64,000 bases of DNA from Chloroflexota bacterium. GTDB taxonomy: Bacteria > Chloroflexota > Anaerolineae > Anaerolineales > DRMV01. The translations under genes and the position numbers were made by a program. The notes under the pieces are model-generated. The model was not told the origin of the DNA, ran no database searches, and saw nothing but the letters and a program-made list of their open reading frames with translations. Where the stretch lies: the NCBI GenBank assembly GCA_011322445.1, contig DRMV01000020.1, positions 64,157-128,156 of the forward strand. Reading direction: 5' to 3'. Shown here one piece after another: positions 29,211 to 38,473 of this stretch; position 1 is the first letter of the stretch; each line of letters opens with the position of its first letter.

Positions 29211-30050
29211 TCAGGGGAGTTGGATGGTGAAATACCAGGGGGTGGACCAATTGCTGAAGTTGCCGGCGCCGTCTTGCGCCCGCACCATCCAGCGATAATG
29301 ACCGCCGCATTGCACCTGCACGGCGACCTGGCGTTCTTTCAAGGGGCCATACCCGGCAACCGGTTGCCATTGGTTGGCCTGGGTTTCCATTTCCAGTTTG
29401 ACATAGTAGCCTGCTACGCCACTGGGGTCGTCCACCGGAAGCCAGACTAAGGTCTGCTCGGAGCGGCAGGCGAAGGTGGAGCCGTCCATAGGCGCAAAGG
29501 GTTGCGGTGCGGGTGGCGGCGTGGTGTCCGGCGTTGGGGTGAAGGTGGGCGTGGCGGTGGGGGTGGGAGTGAAAGTGGGCGTGGGGGTGAGAGTGAGGGT
29601 AGGCGTTGGAGTCAGTGTGGGCGTGATGGAAGTTGGAGTAGGCGGCAGGGTGGTCGCCGTAGCCACGGTGGGCACCGGCGTTGGCCCGGTGACTTCAATG
29701 GTGACCGAGGCTGCCGGGCCGCGTTGCCCCTGGGCATCGGTGAGATACACGGCCAGGGTGTACGTGCCAGGAGCGGGGGGCACCCACGCCTGCTCCAGGG
29801 AGCCAAAATCATCGCCGGGCGTGGGGAAGGCATCGCGGCGATAGGCCACCCCGTTGACCAGCAGGGTGATTTCGGCCACCCCGGCAGGCGCGTAATGGTG
29901 GGAAAGCACGGTCACGGCCTCGCCCACGGCAAAGGTGTCGCCGGATAGGGGATAATCCATCCACGATTGCGGGCCGGGGGCCGCTGTGCGGCTACACGCG
30001 GTCACCGCGAAGACGAGCATCACGAGCCATAGCCAACGGTATCGGTTCAT
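29211..30050 (-). CDS. secreted lipoprotein (Ig-like, PT linker, FN3-like)
   Basis: Lipobox VFAVTACS. The N-terminal domain resembles the Ig-like domain of the preceding protein. Linker PTPTSITPTLTPTPTLTLTPTPTFTPTPTATPTFTPTP. C-terminal module LVWLPVDDPSGVAGYYV...HYRWMVRAQD. Confidence 0.7.
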   Translation of the reverse strand: MNRYRWLWLVMLVFAVTACSRTAAPGPQSWMDYPLSGDTFAVGEAVTVLSHHYAPAGVAEITLLVNGVAYRRDAFPTPGDDFGSLEQAWVPPAPGTYTLAVYLTDAQGQRGPAASVTIEVTGPTPVPTVATATTLPPTPTSITPTLTPTPTLTLTPTPTFTPTPTATPTFTPTPDTTPPPAPQPFAPMDGSTFACRSEQTLVWLPVDDPSGVAGYYVKLEMETQANQWQPVAGYGPLKERQVAVQVQCGGHYRWMVRAQDGAGNFSNWSTPWYFTIQLP

Positions 30051-30134
30051 GGGTTTTCCTCCTTGGGGGAAGGGTGAGATCCATCTTCCACGCTGGCCGA
30101 AAAGAGGGATCGCTTCGCTCCAGCGGGGGTGTCC

Positions 30135-30488
30135 TCACCTCTCCTCTCGCAGCCAGCCGCGCACGGCCGCCAGGTCCAGGTCATCTTTGGCGTAGAAGGC
30201 TTCGGCCCCGACCGCAGCCGCTGCGGCCGCGAATTGCGGGTAGGCGCTCACCAGCACGATCCGCAGGCCGGGGCAGCGTTCCCGCAGCAGGCGCCCGCCT
30301 TCCAGGCCGTTGGTGCCGGGCAGCAGAACATCCACCACGGCCAGGTCGTAAGCGCAGCCAGCCATCCGCGCTAAGGCCTGGGGAATGTCGGCGGCGGTGT
30401 GCACCCGCGCCGCACCGGCCCGGCGCAACAGGTCAGCCAGTTGATTGCGAAAGGCAGGGTTGTCGTCGATGATGAGCACCTGAGACAT
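30135..30488 (-). CDS. single-domain (CheY-like) response regulator receiver
   Basis: MSQVLIIDDNPAF..., phospho-acceptor context LAVVDVLLPG, then LVSAY and YAKDD. Start ATG 30488. Confidence 0.8.
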   Translation of the reverse strand: MSQVLIIDDNPAFRNQLADLLRRAGAARVHTAADIPQALARMAGCAYDLAVVDVLLPGTNGLEGGRLLRERCPGLRIVLVSAYPQFAAAAAAVGAEAFYAKDDLDLAAVRGWLREER

Positions 30489-30619
30489 AAGGACTCCGGG
30501 CAAGGCGGTCACGACACTTGCCCTTTTACCTTAGCCTTTTCCCCCTGAAAGCGCATCGGCGCGGCGTACCGTTTGAGGTACTAACTTGAGAACGAGAACA
30601 TGGTACCGGGGTACCGGCA

Positions 30620-32614
30620 TCACGTGGCGTCTGGCCAGGGCCATTGCACCCGCAGGTGGGTGCCTTCGCCGGGAGCCGTGGTGAGGGTGAGGCGCCCGCC
30701 GATGAGTTCTACCCGCTCACGGATGCCCGCTAAGCCAAAGTGCCCCTGGGTGGTCAGGTCGTTCAGGGCTGCGGGCGGCGCAAAACCCTGCCCGTCGTCG
30801 GCGATGGTCATCTCCAGCCGCCGGCCGTCCCAGCGCAGGGCCAGGGAAGCGTGGGCGGCCTGGGCATGGCGGGCGATGTTGGTCAGGGCCTCCTGGGCAA
30901 TGCGGAAGAGGTTGACGGCCACCTCGTCGGGGAGGGCGCGCAGCCCGATTTCATCCTCCGGCAGGTGCAGGGTCAGGGGAAGGCCGTACTGCTGCTCCCA
31001 GGCTGCACCGTAAGTCCGCAGGGAAGCGGCCAGCCCTAACGTATCCAGCATGGGCGGCCGCAGTTCGGTGCACACTAAGCGCAGTTCATGGATGAGTTCG
31101 CGCACTTCCCCGCGGAGGTGATCCACTGCCGAGACCATGCCCGGCGGCAGGTCGCCTGTCTCGCGCAGCAGACCCAGGCGCAGGTTGAGGCTCACCAGGG
31201 CCTGGATGGGGCCGTCGTGGATGTCGCGGGCCAGGCGGGCCCGCTCGGCTTCCCGCGAGCGCAGCAGTTGGTGTTGCAGCCGCTGCTGGGCCTGCTGGCT
31301 GGCGCGGATTTCCTCCAGTTGGCGCTCCAGGGTTTCGATGAGCGCCACATTGCTCAGCGCGATTTCAGCCTGGGCGGCCACGGTGTGCAGGATGCGTATG
31401 TCCAGGGCCGAAAGGGGTTCGCCGTCGCCGTGGCTGCCTACCCACCAGCGCGCCGGGAGGTGGAAGGCATACTCGAATTCGGCCCACGCTGGCTGCGGGG
31501 GAGTGCTTTGCGTGGCTTCCCCCAGCCACAGGTGAGCGTGGCGCACCTTCATGGCCGCGGGCACCTGCCGGGCGAGGATGTCCACCACCGCGGCCCGCGT
31601 GCTGGCCCGCTGCAAGGCCGCGCTGGCTCCCTCGACCACCGTAGGGAAGTCGTACCAGCCGCCGTAGAGCAGGCGGTCTACCTTCTGCTGTACATAGCGG
31701 CGCGCGGTCTGAAACGATGCCCCCACCAGCAGCGTCAGGGCCGAGACCAGCACCAGTTGCAGCGGCTGGGTCAGGGGATGCCAGAGGGAAAAGAGGATGA
31801 AGGGTACCAGGTAGATGGTCAGGATGGTCAGGGAGAGGACCAGGTACACTAAGGCCCGGTTGACCCATTGCCTCAACCCCAGCAGGCGGCCGCGGGTGAT
31901 GGCGTAGGCGTAACTCAAGGGCGTGACGGCCAGCAGGGCCGCCAGCCCCCAGGTGGGCAAGCGGGAAGGTTGCTGGGCCAGGGTGGGCAACAGGTCGCCC
32001 AGGAGCACTGTCAAGGCCGGAAGGGCGGTTCCCACGACGATGATGCGCTGGTGGCGTTGTTCCGCCGGAGTGTTCCCACGGCGATAGCGCCCGATGAGCA
32101 CGCCGTTGGCGACCAGCAGCATCCCCACGGTGAGCAGGATGCCGCCTGCCCACCAGGGCGCCACCTGGGGCAGCCAGGCCAATGCGTTCACCGCAGCCAG
32201 GCCATAGGCCGCACCCAGCACCCGGCGGCGCTGGACGACTGCTCCCCACAGGCGGGGGAAACTCAGGTGCAGGTGCAGCAGCAGGGGGGCGGTGGCGTGA
32301 AGGGCGAACACGCTGATGGTCATGGTGCGGAAGGGGGCTTGGTGCGGGTCGGGGAAGGCAAAGGGTGCCCAGAGGGTCAGGCCCAGGGTTTGGGAGGCAA
32401 GAAAGAGCAGGCGGGCGTCTAAGCGGTGGGCGTAGAAGAGCAGGGTCACGCTGCCCGAAAGCCAGTACACCAGCGCCAGCAGCGTGGCGGGGAGCCAGTA
32501 AGCGGTGCGCACCGCCGGGGGGAGCAGCAGCCACGCGGCGCGCCCCTCCGTGAGCAGAAACAGAGGAATGCCCAGCATCGCGAAGGCATACAGCACCCGC
32601 GTTGGGCCGCGCAT
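30620..32614 (-). CDS. polytopic sensor histidine kinase (HisKA_3 / HATPase)
   Basis: About 10 N-terminal TM helices, a GAF-like linker, H-box ERARLARDIHDGPIQAL, and an ATPase domain with DDGQGF and GHFGLAGIRER. Confidence 0.85.
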   Translation of the reverse strand: MRGPTRVLYAFAMLGIPLFLLTEGRAAWLLLPPAVRTAYWLPATLLALVYWLSGSVTLLFYAHRLDARLLFLASQTLGLTLWAPFAFPDPHQAPFRTMTISVFALHATAPLLLHLHLSFPRLWGAVVQRRRVLGAAYGLAAVNALAWLPQVAPWWAGGILLTVGMLLVANGVLIGRYRRGNTPAEQRHQRIIVVGTALPALTVLLGDLLPTLAQQPSRLPTWGLAALLAVTPLSYAYAITRGRLLGLRQWVNRALVYLVLSLTILTIYLVPFILFSLWHPLTQPLQLVLVSALTLLVGASFQTARRYVQQKVDRLLYGGWYDFPTVVEGASAALQRASTRAAVVDILARQVPAAMKVRHAHLWLGEATQSTPPQPAWAEFEYAFHLPARWWVGSHGDGEPLSALDIRILHTVAAQAEIALSNVALIETLERQLEEIRASQQAQQRLQHQLLRSREAERARLARDIHDGPIQALVSLNLRLGLLRETGDLPPGMVSAVDHLRGEVRELIHELRLVCTELRPPMLDTLGLAASLRTYGAAWEQQYGLPLTLHLPEDEIGLRALPDEVAVNLFRIAQEALTNIARHAQAAHASLALRWDGRRLEMTIADDGQGFAPPAALNDLTTQGHFGLAGIRERVELIGGRLTLTTAPGEGTHLRVQWPWPDAT

Positions 32615-32615
32615 G

Positions 32616-33296
32616 TCAGGATTCCCCCAGGCTGACCCAGCCCCGCTCGATGGCCAGGCGCATGGCCTCGGTGCGGGAACGCACCCCCAGTTTGGCGTAG
32701 ATGGCGCTGATGTGGTTCTGCACGGTGCGTTTGGTGATGACCAGCCGCGCGGCGATGGCGGCGTTGTCCAGCCCCTGGGCCAGCAGGCGCAGCACCTCAG
32801 CCTCGCGCCGGGTCAGCGGCGGCACGGGCCCGGAGGACGACGGCGAGGATGGGGCCGCGGCCTCGGCGCGCAGGCGGCGCACCACCTGGGTGGCGACCGA
32901 GGGACTGAGCCAGGTTTCCCCCCGGGCTACGGCGCGCACCGCGTGGGGCAGCACTTCCAGGGCCTCGTCTTTGAGCACATAGCCCTGGGCACCTTCGCGC
33001 AGCAGGGTGAGCATCAGCGTTTCGTCGCGCGCCGCGGTGAGCACCAGCACGGCCACGGGGTAGCCCAGATGGCGCAATCGCCGGAGCACTTCCAGGCCGT
33101 TCATGTCGGGCAAATGCAGGTCGAGCACCAGCACCTCGGGCCGGTGGTCGGACACCAAGCGCAGGGCCTCGGCCCCGGTGGTTCCCGCGGCTACTACTTC
33201 CACCTCGGTGGCCCTTTCCAGCACGCTCTTCAGACCGGCCAGCACCACGGGGTGGTCGTCCACCAGCACGGCCCGCACTCGAGGAGATTTGTTCAT
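32616..33296 (-). CDS. NarL/LuxR-family response regulator
   Basis: Start re-assigned to MNKSPRVRAVLVDDHPVV. C-terminal HTH LTRREAEVLRLLAQGLDNAAIAARLVITKRTVQNHISAIYAKLG. Its stop lies 1 nt before the kinase start. Confidence 0.9.
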   Translation of the reverse strand: MNKSPRVRAVLVDDHPVVLAGLKSVLERATEVEVVAAGTTGAEALRLVSDHRPEVLVLDLHLPDMNGLEVLRRLRHLGYPVAVLVLTAARDETLMLTLLREGAQGYVLKDEALEVLPHAVRAVARGETWLSPSVATQVVRRLRAEAAAPSSPSSSGPVPPLTRREAEVLRLLAQGLDNAAIAARLVITKRTVQNHISAIYAKLGVRSRTEAMRLAIERGWVSLGES

Positions 33297-33529
33297 AATC
33301 TCATCATAGCATAAAGGCGGCCTTCCTGCACGCGCGTGGGCAAGTAGTGACCGTGCCAAATCGGGTGGAAAAGTTCTGTATGTGGCCAAACGCTGATAGT
33401 GCCCCCGTACATCTTCTTTTTAGAGCAAGTAAACCACCCCCTCGCGCCGGGCGCGAGCATCCAGCGCCAGCGCCAAGTTTAGAAAGCGTATCCGATTGTC
33501 TTCCCGCTTGAACCCCCTCATTTTTTCTC

Positions 33530-33575
33530 TTGACCTTTCTCTTTGTTCAATATATACTGAGTATGCAGTACATAC
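33530..33575 (+). promoter_or_regulatory. padR promoter with overlapping palindromes
   Basis: TTGACC (33530..33535), a 17-nt spacer, then TATACT (33553..33558). Palindromes ATACT-g-AGTAT (33554..33564) and GTATG-cagta-CATAC (33561..33575) overlap the -10 and the transcription start region. Confidence 0.55.
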
Positions 33576-33586
33576 GGAGTAGGCAT

Positions 33587-34093
33587 ATGCTTAAATACGC
33601 CCTTTTAGGATTACTGGACGAAGCGCCGCGCCACGGATATGACCTCAAGCAGGCCTTCGAGGCCATGTTAGGCCATACCTGGTCGGTCAACATTGGCCAG
33701 ATTTACAGCACGTTAGCCCGCTTAGAGCGCGATGGCCTGGTAACCTGCCACGAGGTGCCACAGGAACTGCTGCCCAACCGCAAGGTATGCTCGCTCACCG
33801 AGCAGGGGCGCGCCGCCCTCGCCCGCTGGCTGGCTGAACCCGCGCGGCCTTCCGCCCGCCTGCGGGTGGATTTTTACCTCAAACTACTCCTCGCCCGCCG
33901 CTCCGGCGCGGCTGATCTGCAAACCCTCATTTGGCAGCAGCGCCAAACCCTCCTGCAGGCCATGGCCGACCTCACCCCCTTGCTCACCGACCCCGACGAG
34001 GAGCGCCGCCTCCTGGCCGAGGGCTTACAGTTGCACTTGGAGGCTGATTTGAAATGGTTGGAACGATGTGAGGAAGAGTTGTTGAGGGAGTGA
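33587..34093 (+). CDS. PadR-family transcriptional regulator
   Basis: MLKYALLGLLDEAPRHGYDLKQAFEAMLGHTWSVNIGQIYSTLARLERDGLV is the canonical PadR winged helix. The SD GGAG lies 7 nt upstream. Confidence 0.9.
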   Translation: MLKYALLGLLDEAPRHGYDLKQAFEAMLGHTWSVNIGQIYSTLARLERDGLVTCHEVPQELLPNRKVCSLTEQGRAALARWLAEPARPSARLRVDFYLKLLLARRSGAADLQTLIWQQRQTLLQAMADLTPLLTDPDEERRLLAEGLQLHLEADLKWLERCEEELLRE

Positions 34094-34137
34094 GGTACTG
34101 AGGGATTGAGGGATTGAGGGATTAAGGTGCTGAGGTG
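34082..34137 (+). repeat. 8-nt periodic array, seven units of NTGAGGNN (core TGAGGGAT x3)
   Basis: ttgaggga gtgaggta ctgaggga ttgaggga ttgaggga ttaaggtg ctgaggtg. The array spans the padR stop codon at 34091. Confidence 0.85.
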
Positions 34138-34186
34138 AATGGGCTGTGGTGGCTCTTAATCTCCTCTGCGCCCTTGGCGTCATCAT

Positions 34187-34217
34187 CCACCGATTGACAC
34201 AGATTTACACCGATTGA
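34187..34217 (+). repeat. 31-nt word repeat CACCGATTGA/CACAGATTTA/CACCGATTGA, shared with 38562..38592
   Basis: ccaccgattgacacagatttacaccgattga matches the reverse complement of 38562..38592 at 27 of 31 positions. It is followed by CACAGA-type words and then the inverted words TCTCTGCG and TCTTTGCG, up to about 34310. Confidence 0.85.
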
Positions 34218-34419
34218 GCAAGAAAACCACAGAGGACACAGAAATTTACAGAGAACACAGAAAAAACTTTTCTTTGCGTTCTTTGCTTTCTCTGCGTCTC
34301 TGCGTTTCCCTTGGCGTCCTTTGTGCCCTTGGCGCCCTTGGCGACCCCTTGACACACAAAAAAATCCACAATCGTCCACCATCATCCGCGCCCAACTTTC
34401 CCATTCAGGAGGTATCACC

Positions 34420-35154
34420 ATGCCGGTACTGGAAGCCCATAACCTGCAAAAGACCTACCGCAACGACGGCGTTGCCGTGCCCGCGCTGCGCGGCGTCGAC
34501 CTGAGCGTGGAACCCGGTGAATTCGTGGCCGTGATGGGGCCTTCGGGCTGCGGCAAGTCCACCCTGCTGCACCTGCTGGCCGGGCTGGACATCCCCACCG
34601 GGGGCGAGGTGGTGCTGGACGGCCATCGGCTGAACGACTTGAACGAATCGCAGCGGGCTATCTTGCGCCGCCGCACCGTGGGGTTCGTGTTCCAGGCCTA
34701 CAACCTGATCCCCAACCTCACCGTGGCCGACAACGTGGACTTGCCCGGCCTGCTGGCGGGGCGCCCGGCCGCTGAGGTGGCCCACAGGCGGGACGAGTTG
34801 CTGGCGGCCTTGGGCCTGGCCGACAAGGCGGACGCCTTCCCCAGCCAACTCTCCGGCGGGCAGCAGCAGCGGGCGGCTATCGCCCGCGCGCTCATCAACA
34901 CTCCCACCGTCCTCTTAGCCGATGAGCCCACGGGCAACCTGGACTCCCGCAGCGGCAACGAGGTGCTCGCGCTCTTCCGCCGCTTCAACACCGAAGGCCA
35001 GACCATCTTGCTGGTGACCCACGACCCCAAAGTCGCCAGTTTCGCCCGACGGGTGATTTTCATGCGCGACGGCCGCTTCGTCTCCGAAATGCACACCGCG
35101 GGCGGCGGCGACCCCGCGCAGGTCATCGCCAAACTGGTGGAGGTGGAACGATGA
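34420..35154 (+). CDS. ABC transporter ATP-binding protein (MacB/LolD type)
   Basis: Start ATG 34420 (MPVLEAHNLQKTY) after AGGAGG. Walker A GPSGCGKST, signature LSGGQQQRAAIARAL, Walker B LLADEPTGNLD. Confidence 0.9.
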   Translation: MPVLEAHNLQKTYRNDGVAVPALRGVDLSVEPGEFVAVMGPSGCGKSTLLHLLAGLDIPTGGEVVLDGHRLNDLNESQRAILRRRTVGFVFQAYNLIPNLTVADNVDLPGLLAGRPAAEVAHRRDELLAALGLADKADAFPSQLSGGQQQRAAIARALINTPTVLLADEPTGNLDSRSGNEVLALFRRFNTEGQTILLVTHDPKVASFARRVIFMRDGRFVSEMHTAGGGDPAQVIAKLVEVER

Positions 35155-37469
35155 AAGCCGTATGGCGTGCCATCCGCGCCAATTTGCGCTCGCGCAAAGG
35201 CCAGCACCTGCTGGTTTTCCTCACCTTAGCCGCGGCGGCCTTGCTGCTGGTGGTGGCCGTGTTCGGCTACTTTTCCGGCTATCGGATCTACGACCGCCTG
35301 ATGGCCTCCACCAACGGCGCGCACATCTGGCTCAGCGTTGATGGCAAGACGGTCTCGGCGGAGGAAGTGCGCCGCGCCGTCCACGCCAACCCCGAAGTCA
35401 CCGCCGCCACCGAGCCGATGGCAACCTTCCGCGCCACGGTGGAGGCGGCAAACGGCAAAAAAGCCGGGGTGTTGCTGCGCGACCTGAACCCCAACCGCAA
35501 AATCGCCCGCCTGCTGTGGGTGAAAGGCCGCGCGCCCAAGCCTGCTTCCGCCGAAATCGCGCTGGATAACAACCTCGCCCGCGCCTTGGGCGTGCATGTG
35601 GGCGACACGGTGAAAGTGTGGCTTGGCAAAACGCCCAACACTTTCACCGTGAGCGGCACCTTCATCACCTCAGAATTCTGCGATTATCCCAACTGCAAGC
35701 CCGCCCGCGCTTACACGGGGGAAGGGACGTTGGCCGCGGCCATGAAGGCGCACGGGGTGAGGCCTGACTCGTGGGATGTAGGCCTGCAAATTCGCCAGCC
35801 TGAGCGCGCGGAGGCGGTTTTGGAAGCCCTGCGCCACGCCTTCCCTGCAGACGCAACGGTGGAAGGCTACACCTGGCTCCTGATACGCCGCTTGGCGGGC
35901 TTTGGGCAACAAATGCAGTCGGTGTTTGTGCTGGCCTTTGCCGTGATGGCCCTCGTGGTGGCCGGTTTTCTGATTGCCAACGCGGTGGCCGGCGCGCTCC
36001 GCTCGCAGACCCGGCAGATCGGCCTGCTACGGGCGGTGGGCTTCACCAACGGGCAACTGTCGCTGATGTACTTGGGCGAATATCTGCTCATTGCGCTGAG
36101 CGCGGCGGCCGTGGGCATGGCTGCGGGCATCCCCATTTCCCGCGGGGTGTTTGCCCAACTGGCCGAGACCTACGCGGTGGGCACGCCTTTGCCGCCGCTG
36201 GGAGCGCTTTTGGCCGTGCTGGCCGCGATTTTGGCGCTGGTGGGGCTGGCCGCGGCCTTCCCCCTGCGGCGCATCGCCCGCTTGGACACGGTGACCGCCA
36301 TCCGCCAAGGCATGGAGCCGCCGCGCCGCCGTCCGGTGCGCCTGCCCCGCCTGCCTTTCCCCATTGCCTATGGCCTGACCAGCCTGTTCGCGACGCCCAC
36401 CCGCACCGCGCTCACCTCGTTGGGGCTGGCCGTGGGCGCGCTGGCCATCGCGGTAGCCCTTTCCCTCGGCGCAACCGTTGCCGAGTTCACCCGCGACCCT
36501 ATGGGGATGGGCATCGTCCCCAACGCCGACCTCGCGATCTGGGCGGAGAATGGCATTTCGTCCAGCAAGGTGATCGCGGCAGTGGAAGGGCGCGACGATG
36601 TGCTGGCATACGCGTGTCAGGCCATGACCGGCGTGCGGTTGAAGGGCGGGAAGCGCGACCTCTACCCCCGATTAATTTGCGGCGATTGGGACCTGTTTGC
36701 CAACATGCTGCTGGAAGGGCGGCTGCCGCAGGCAGAAGACGAAGCCGTAGCGGCCTACACCATCTTCCATCAGCACGGCTGGCATTTGGGCGACAAGGTG
36801 GTCATCGTGGCAAAGGGGCAGGAACACACCTTCCGCATTGTGGGCGTTTACCGCGATATAAACAACCTCGGGCAGATGTTCCTGCTTCCACTGCGTGCTT
36901 TCCCGCAAGAGGCGCCCAACCTGATTTACATCAAACTCAAACCCAACGCTGACCCCAATGCGGTGCTGGCCGACCTCAAAAGCCAATTCGGCGAAAGGCT
37001 TGACGGCGAAGTGTTGCAAAACATTTTCAAAAATGACGACTCGGGAAGAGATATCGGGAAAATCTTGAAGACCACGGTGATCGTGCTTTCGGTGTTGCTG
37101 GGGCTGCTGACCGCGGTGGGGGTGCTGAGCAGTTTGAGCCTGAGCGTGGCCGAAGAGCGGCGCACGGTGGGCATTTTGAAAGCGTTAGGCATGACGCGAG
37201 GGCAGGTGCTGCTGACGCTGCTCAGTGCGGCGGCCGCGATGGCGGTGGTTGGCTACGGGGTGGGCGCGCCCCTGGGCGTGGCAGCGGCCAAAGCGCTGTT
37301 CGACGCGCTGGCGCGAATGACGGGGCTGGGGCCCATCCCTGTGCCTGCCGACGCGGTGGGGCTGGCATTGCTGCTGCCGGGCATGGTGGCGGTGGCCGCG
37401 CTAGGGGCCTACCTGCCCGCGCGGCGGGCTTCCCGCCTGCCGGTGGTTGAAGTGCTGCGGGAGGAGTAA
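35151..37469 (+). CDS. ABC transporter permease with two FtsX/MacB-type domains
   Basis: 772 aa with two blocks of four TM helices, each block preceded by an extracytoplasmic domain. ATGA overlap with the ATPase gene. Confidence 0.85.
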   Translation: MKAVWRAIRANLRSRKGQHLLVFLTLAAAALLLVVAVFGYFSGYRIYDRLMASTNGAHIWLSVDGKTVSAEEVRRAVHANPEVTAATEPMATFRATVEAANGKKAGVLLRDLNPNRKIARLLWVKGRAPKPASAEIALDNNLARALGVHVGDTVKVWLGKTPNTFTVSGTFITSEFCDYPNCKPARAYTGEGTLAAAMKAHGVRPDSWDVGLQIRQPERAEAVLEALRHAFPADATVEGYTWLLIRRLAGFGQQMQSVFVLAFAVMALVVAGFLIANAVAGALRSQTRQIGLLRAVGFTNGQLSLMYLGEYLLIALSAAAVGMAAGIPISRGVFAQLAETYAVGTPLPPLGALLAVLAAILALVGLAAAFPLRRIARLDTVTAIRQGMEPPRRRPVRLPRLPFPIAYGLTSLFATPTRTALTSLGLAVGALAIAVALSLGATVAEFTRDPMGMGIVPNADLAIWAENGISSSKVIAAVEGRDDVLAYACQAMTGVRLKGGKRDLYPRLICGDWDLFANMLLEGRLPQAEDEAVAAYTIFHQHGWHLGDKVVIVAKGQEHTFRIVGVYRDINNLGQMFLLPLRAFPQEAPNLIYIKLKPNADPNAVLADLKSQFGERLDGEVLQNIFKNDDSGRDIGKILKTTVIVLSVLLGLLTAVGVLSSLSLSVAEERRTVGILKALGMTRGQVLLTLLSAAAAMAVVGYGVGAPLGVAAAKALFDALARMTGLGPIPVPADAVGLALLLPGMVAVAALGAYLPARRASRLPVVEVLREE

Positions 37470-37522
37470 GGAGGCAGAAAAAAGGCCTCTGGGCATTTCC
37501 AGAGGCCAGTGTGTTTATGCCC

Positions 37523-38473
37523 TCAGGGCACAATCCAGGTGCCGGTCTCGCCACGCAACGCCGCGGGGATGTGTTCGGGGTCGGTAATCAGCGCCTTGCC
37601 GTTGGGTACGGCCTTCAGGTAGCGCAAAATGGCCTCGATTTTCGGCTTCATGCTGCCGGGCTTGAAATGGCCCTCGGCCAGGTACTTTTCGGCCTCGGCC
37701 ACGGTCATCTTGTCCAGCCACTGCTGGTTGGGCTTGCCAAAGTTGAGCGCCACTTTTTCCACGGCGGTGGAAATCAGGAACAGGTCCACCTTCATGGAAA
37801 TTGCCAGCAGCGCCGAGGCAAAGTCCTTGTCGATGACCGCTTCCACGCCTTCCAGTTCGCCCTTTTCGTTCTCGACGACCGGAATGCCGCCGCCGCCCAC
37901 GGCAACCACGGTGAACTTGTTTTCCACTAAGGTGCGGATGGCATCCAGTTCGATGATTTTCTTGGGGTTGGGGGAAGGCACCACCCGCCGCCAGCCGCGG
38001 CCGGCGTCTTCCATCACGTGCCAGCCCTGCGCCATGCGCTGTTTGGCGGTTTCCTCGTCCATGAACGAGCCGATGGGCTTGCTGGGGTGCTCGAAAGCCG
38101 GGTCGTCCTTGTCCACCAGCACCTGGGTGACCACGGTAGCAGCCTGGTTGCTCATGCCGCGGCGCTTGAATTCGTTGTGCAGCGCCTTCTGGAACATGTA
38201 GCCGATCGCGCCCTGGGTGTCGGCACCGCAGGAATCCAGCGGCACGGTATGCAGTTCGTGGGCGGCCAGTTCGGCGCGCCGCAAAATGAAGCCCACCTGC
38301 GGCCCGTTGCCGTGCGTGATGACCACGTCCCAGCCGCTGGCAATCATCTCGGTGATGTGGTGCATGGTCTCTTTGGCCGCAGCATACTGGTCGGGGATGG
38401 TCTTGTGCTGCTTGTCTTTGATGAGAGCATTGCCGCCAACGGCAACAACGGCAACTTTACGCTCGGTGCTCAT
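37523..38473 (-). CDS. arcC: carbamate kinase
   Basis: Start re-assigned to MSTERKVAVVAVGGNALIKD (ATG 38473, SD AAAGGAGG). Motifs ITHGNGPQVG, VVAVGGGGIPV and a GHFKPGSMKPKIEA C-terminus. Confidence 0.9.
   Translation of the reverse strand: MSTERKVAVVAVGGNALIKDKQHKTIPDQYAAAKETMHHITEMIASGWDVVITHGNGPQVGFILRRAELAAHELHTVPLDSCGADTQGAIGYMFQKALHNEFKRRGMSNQAATVVTQVLVDKDDPAFEHPSKPIGSFMDEETAKQRMAQGWHVMEDAGRGWRRVVPSPNPKKIIELDAIRTLVENKFTVVAVGGGGIPVVENEKGELEGVEAVIDKDFASALLAISMKVDLFLISTAVEKVALNFGKPNQQWLDKMTVAEAEKYLAEGHFKPGSMKPKIEAILRYLKAVPNGKALITDPEHIPAALRGETGTWIVP

Noticed and set aside
30590-30620. Direct repeat GGTACCGG-GGTACCGG just after the kinase stop, considered as a response-regulator binding site
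   Set aside because: It is a single short duplication with no matching half-sites elsewhere in the cluster, so support is insufficient.
34082-34330. Possible CRISPR array, considered because of the regularly spaced short repeats (also at 38474..38596 and 39597..39724)
   Set aside because: The units are only 8-10 nt and directly adjacent, with no unique spacers. No cas genes are in the window. The arrays are followed by their own inverse complements, so they are hairpin-forming word repeats, not CRISPR.
34122-34421. 99-aa minus-strand ORF in the padR/ABC intergenic region
   Set aside because: Its translation (..FFCVLCKFLCPLWFSCSIGVNLCQSVDD..) only reflects the CACAGA/TCTGTG word repeats. There is no SD or start context.
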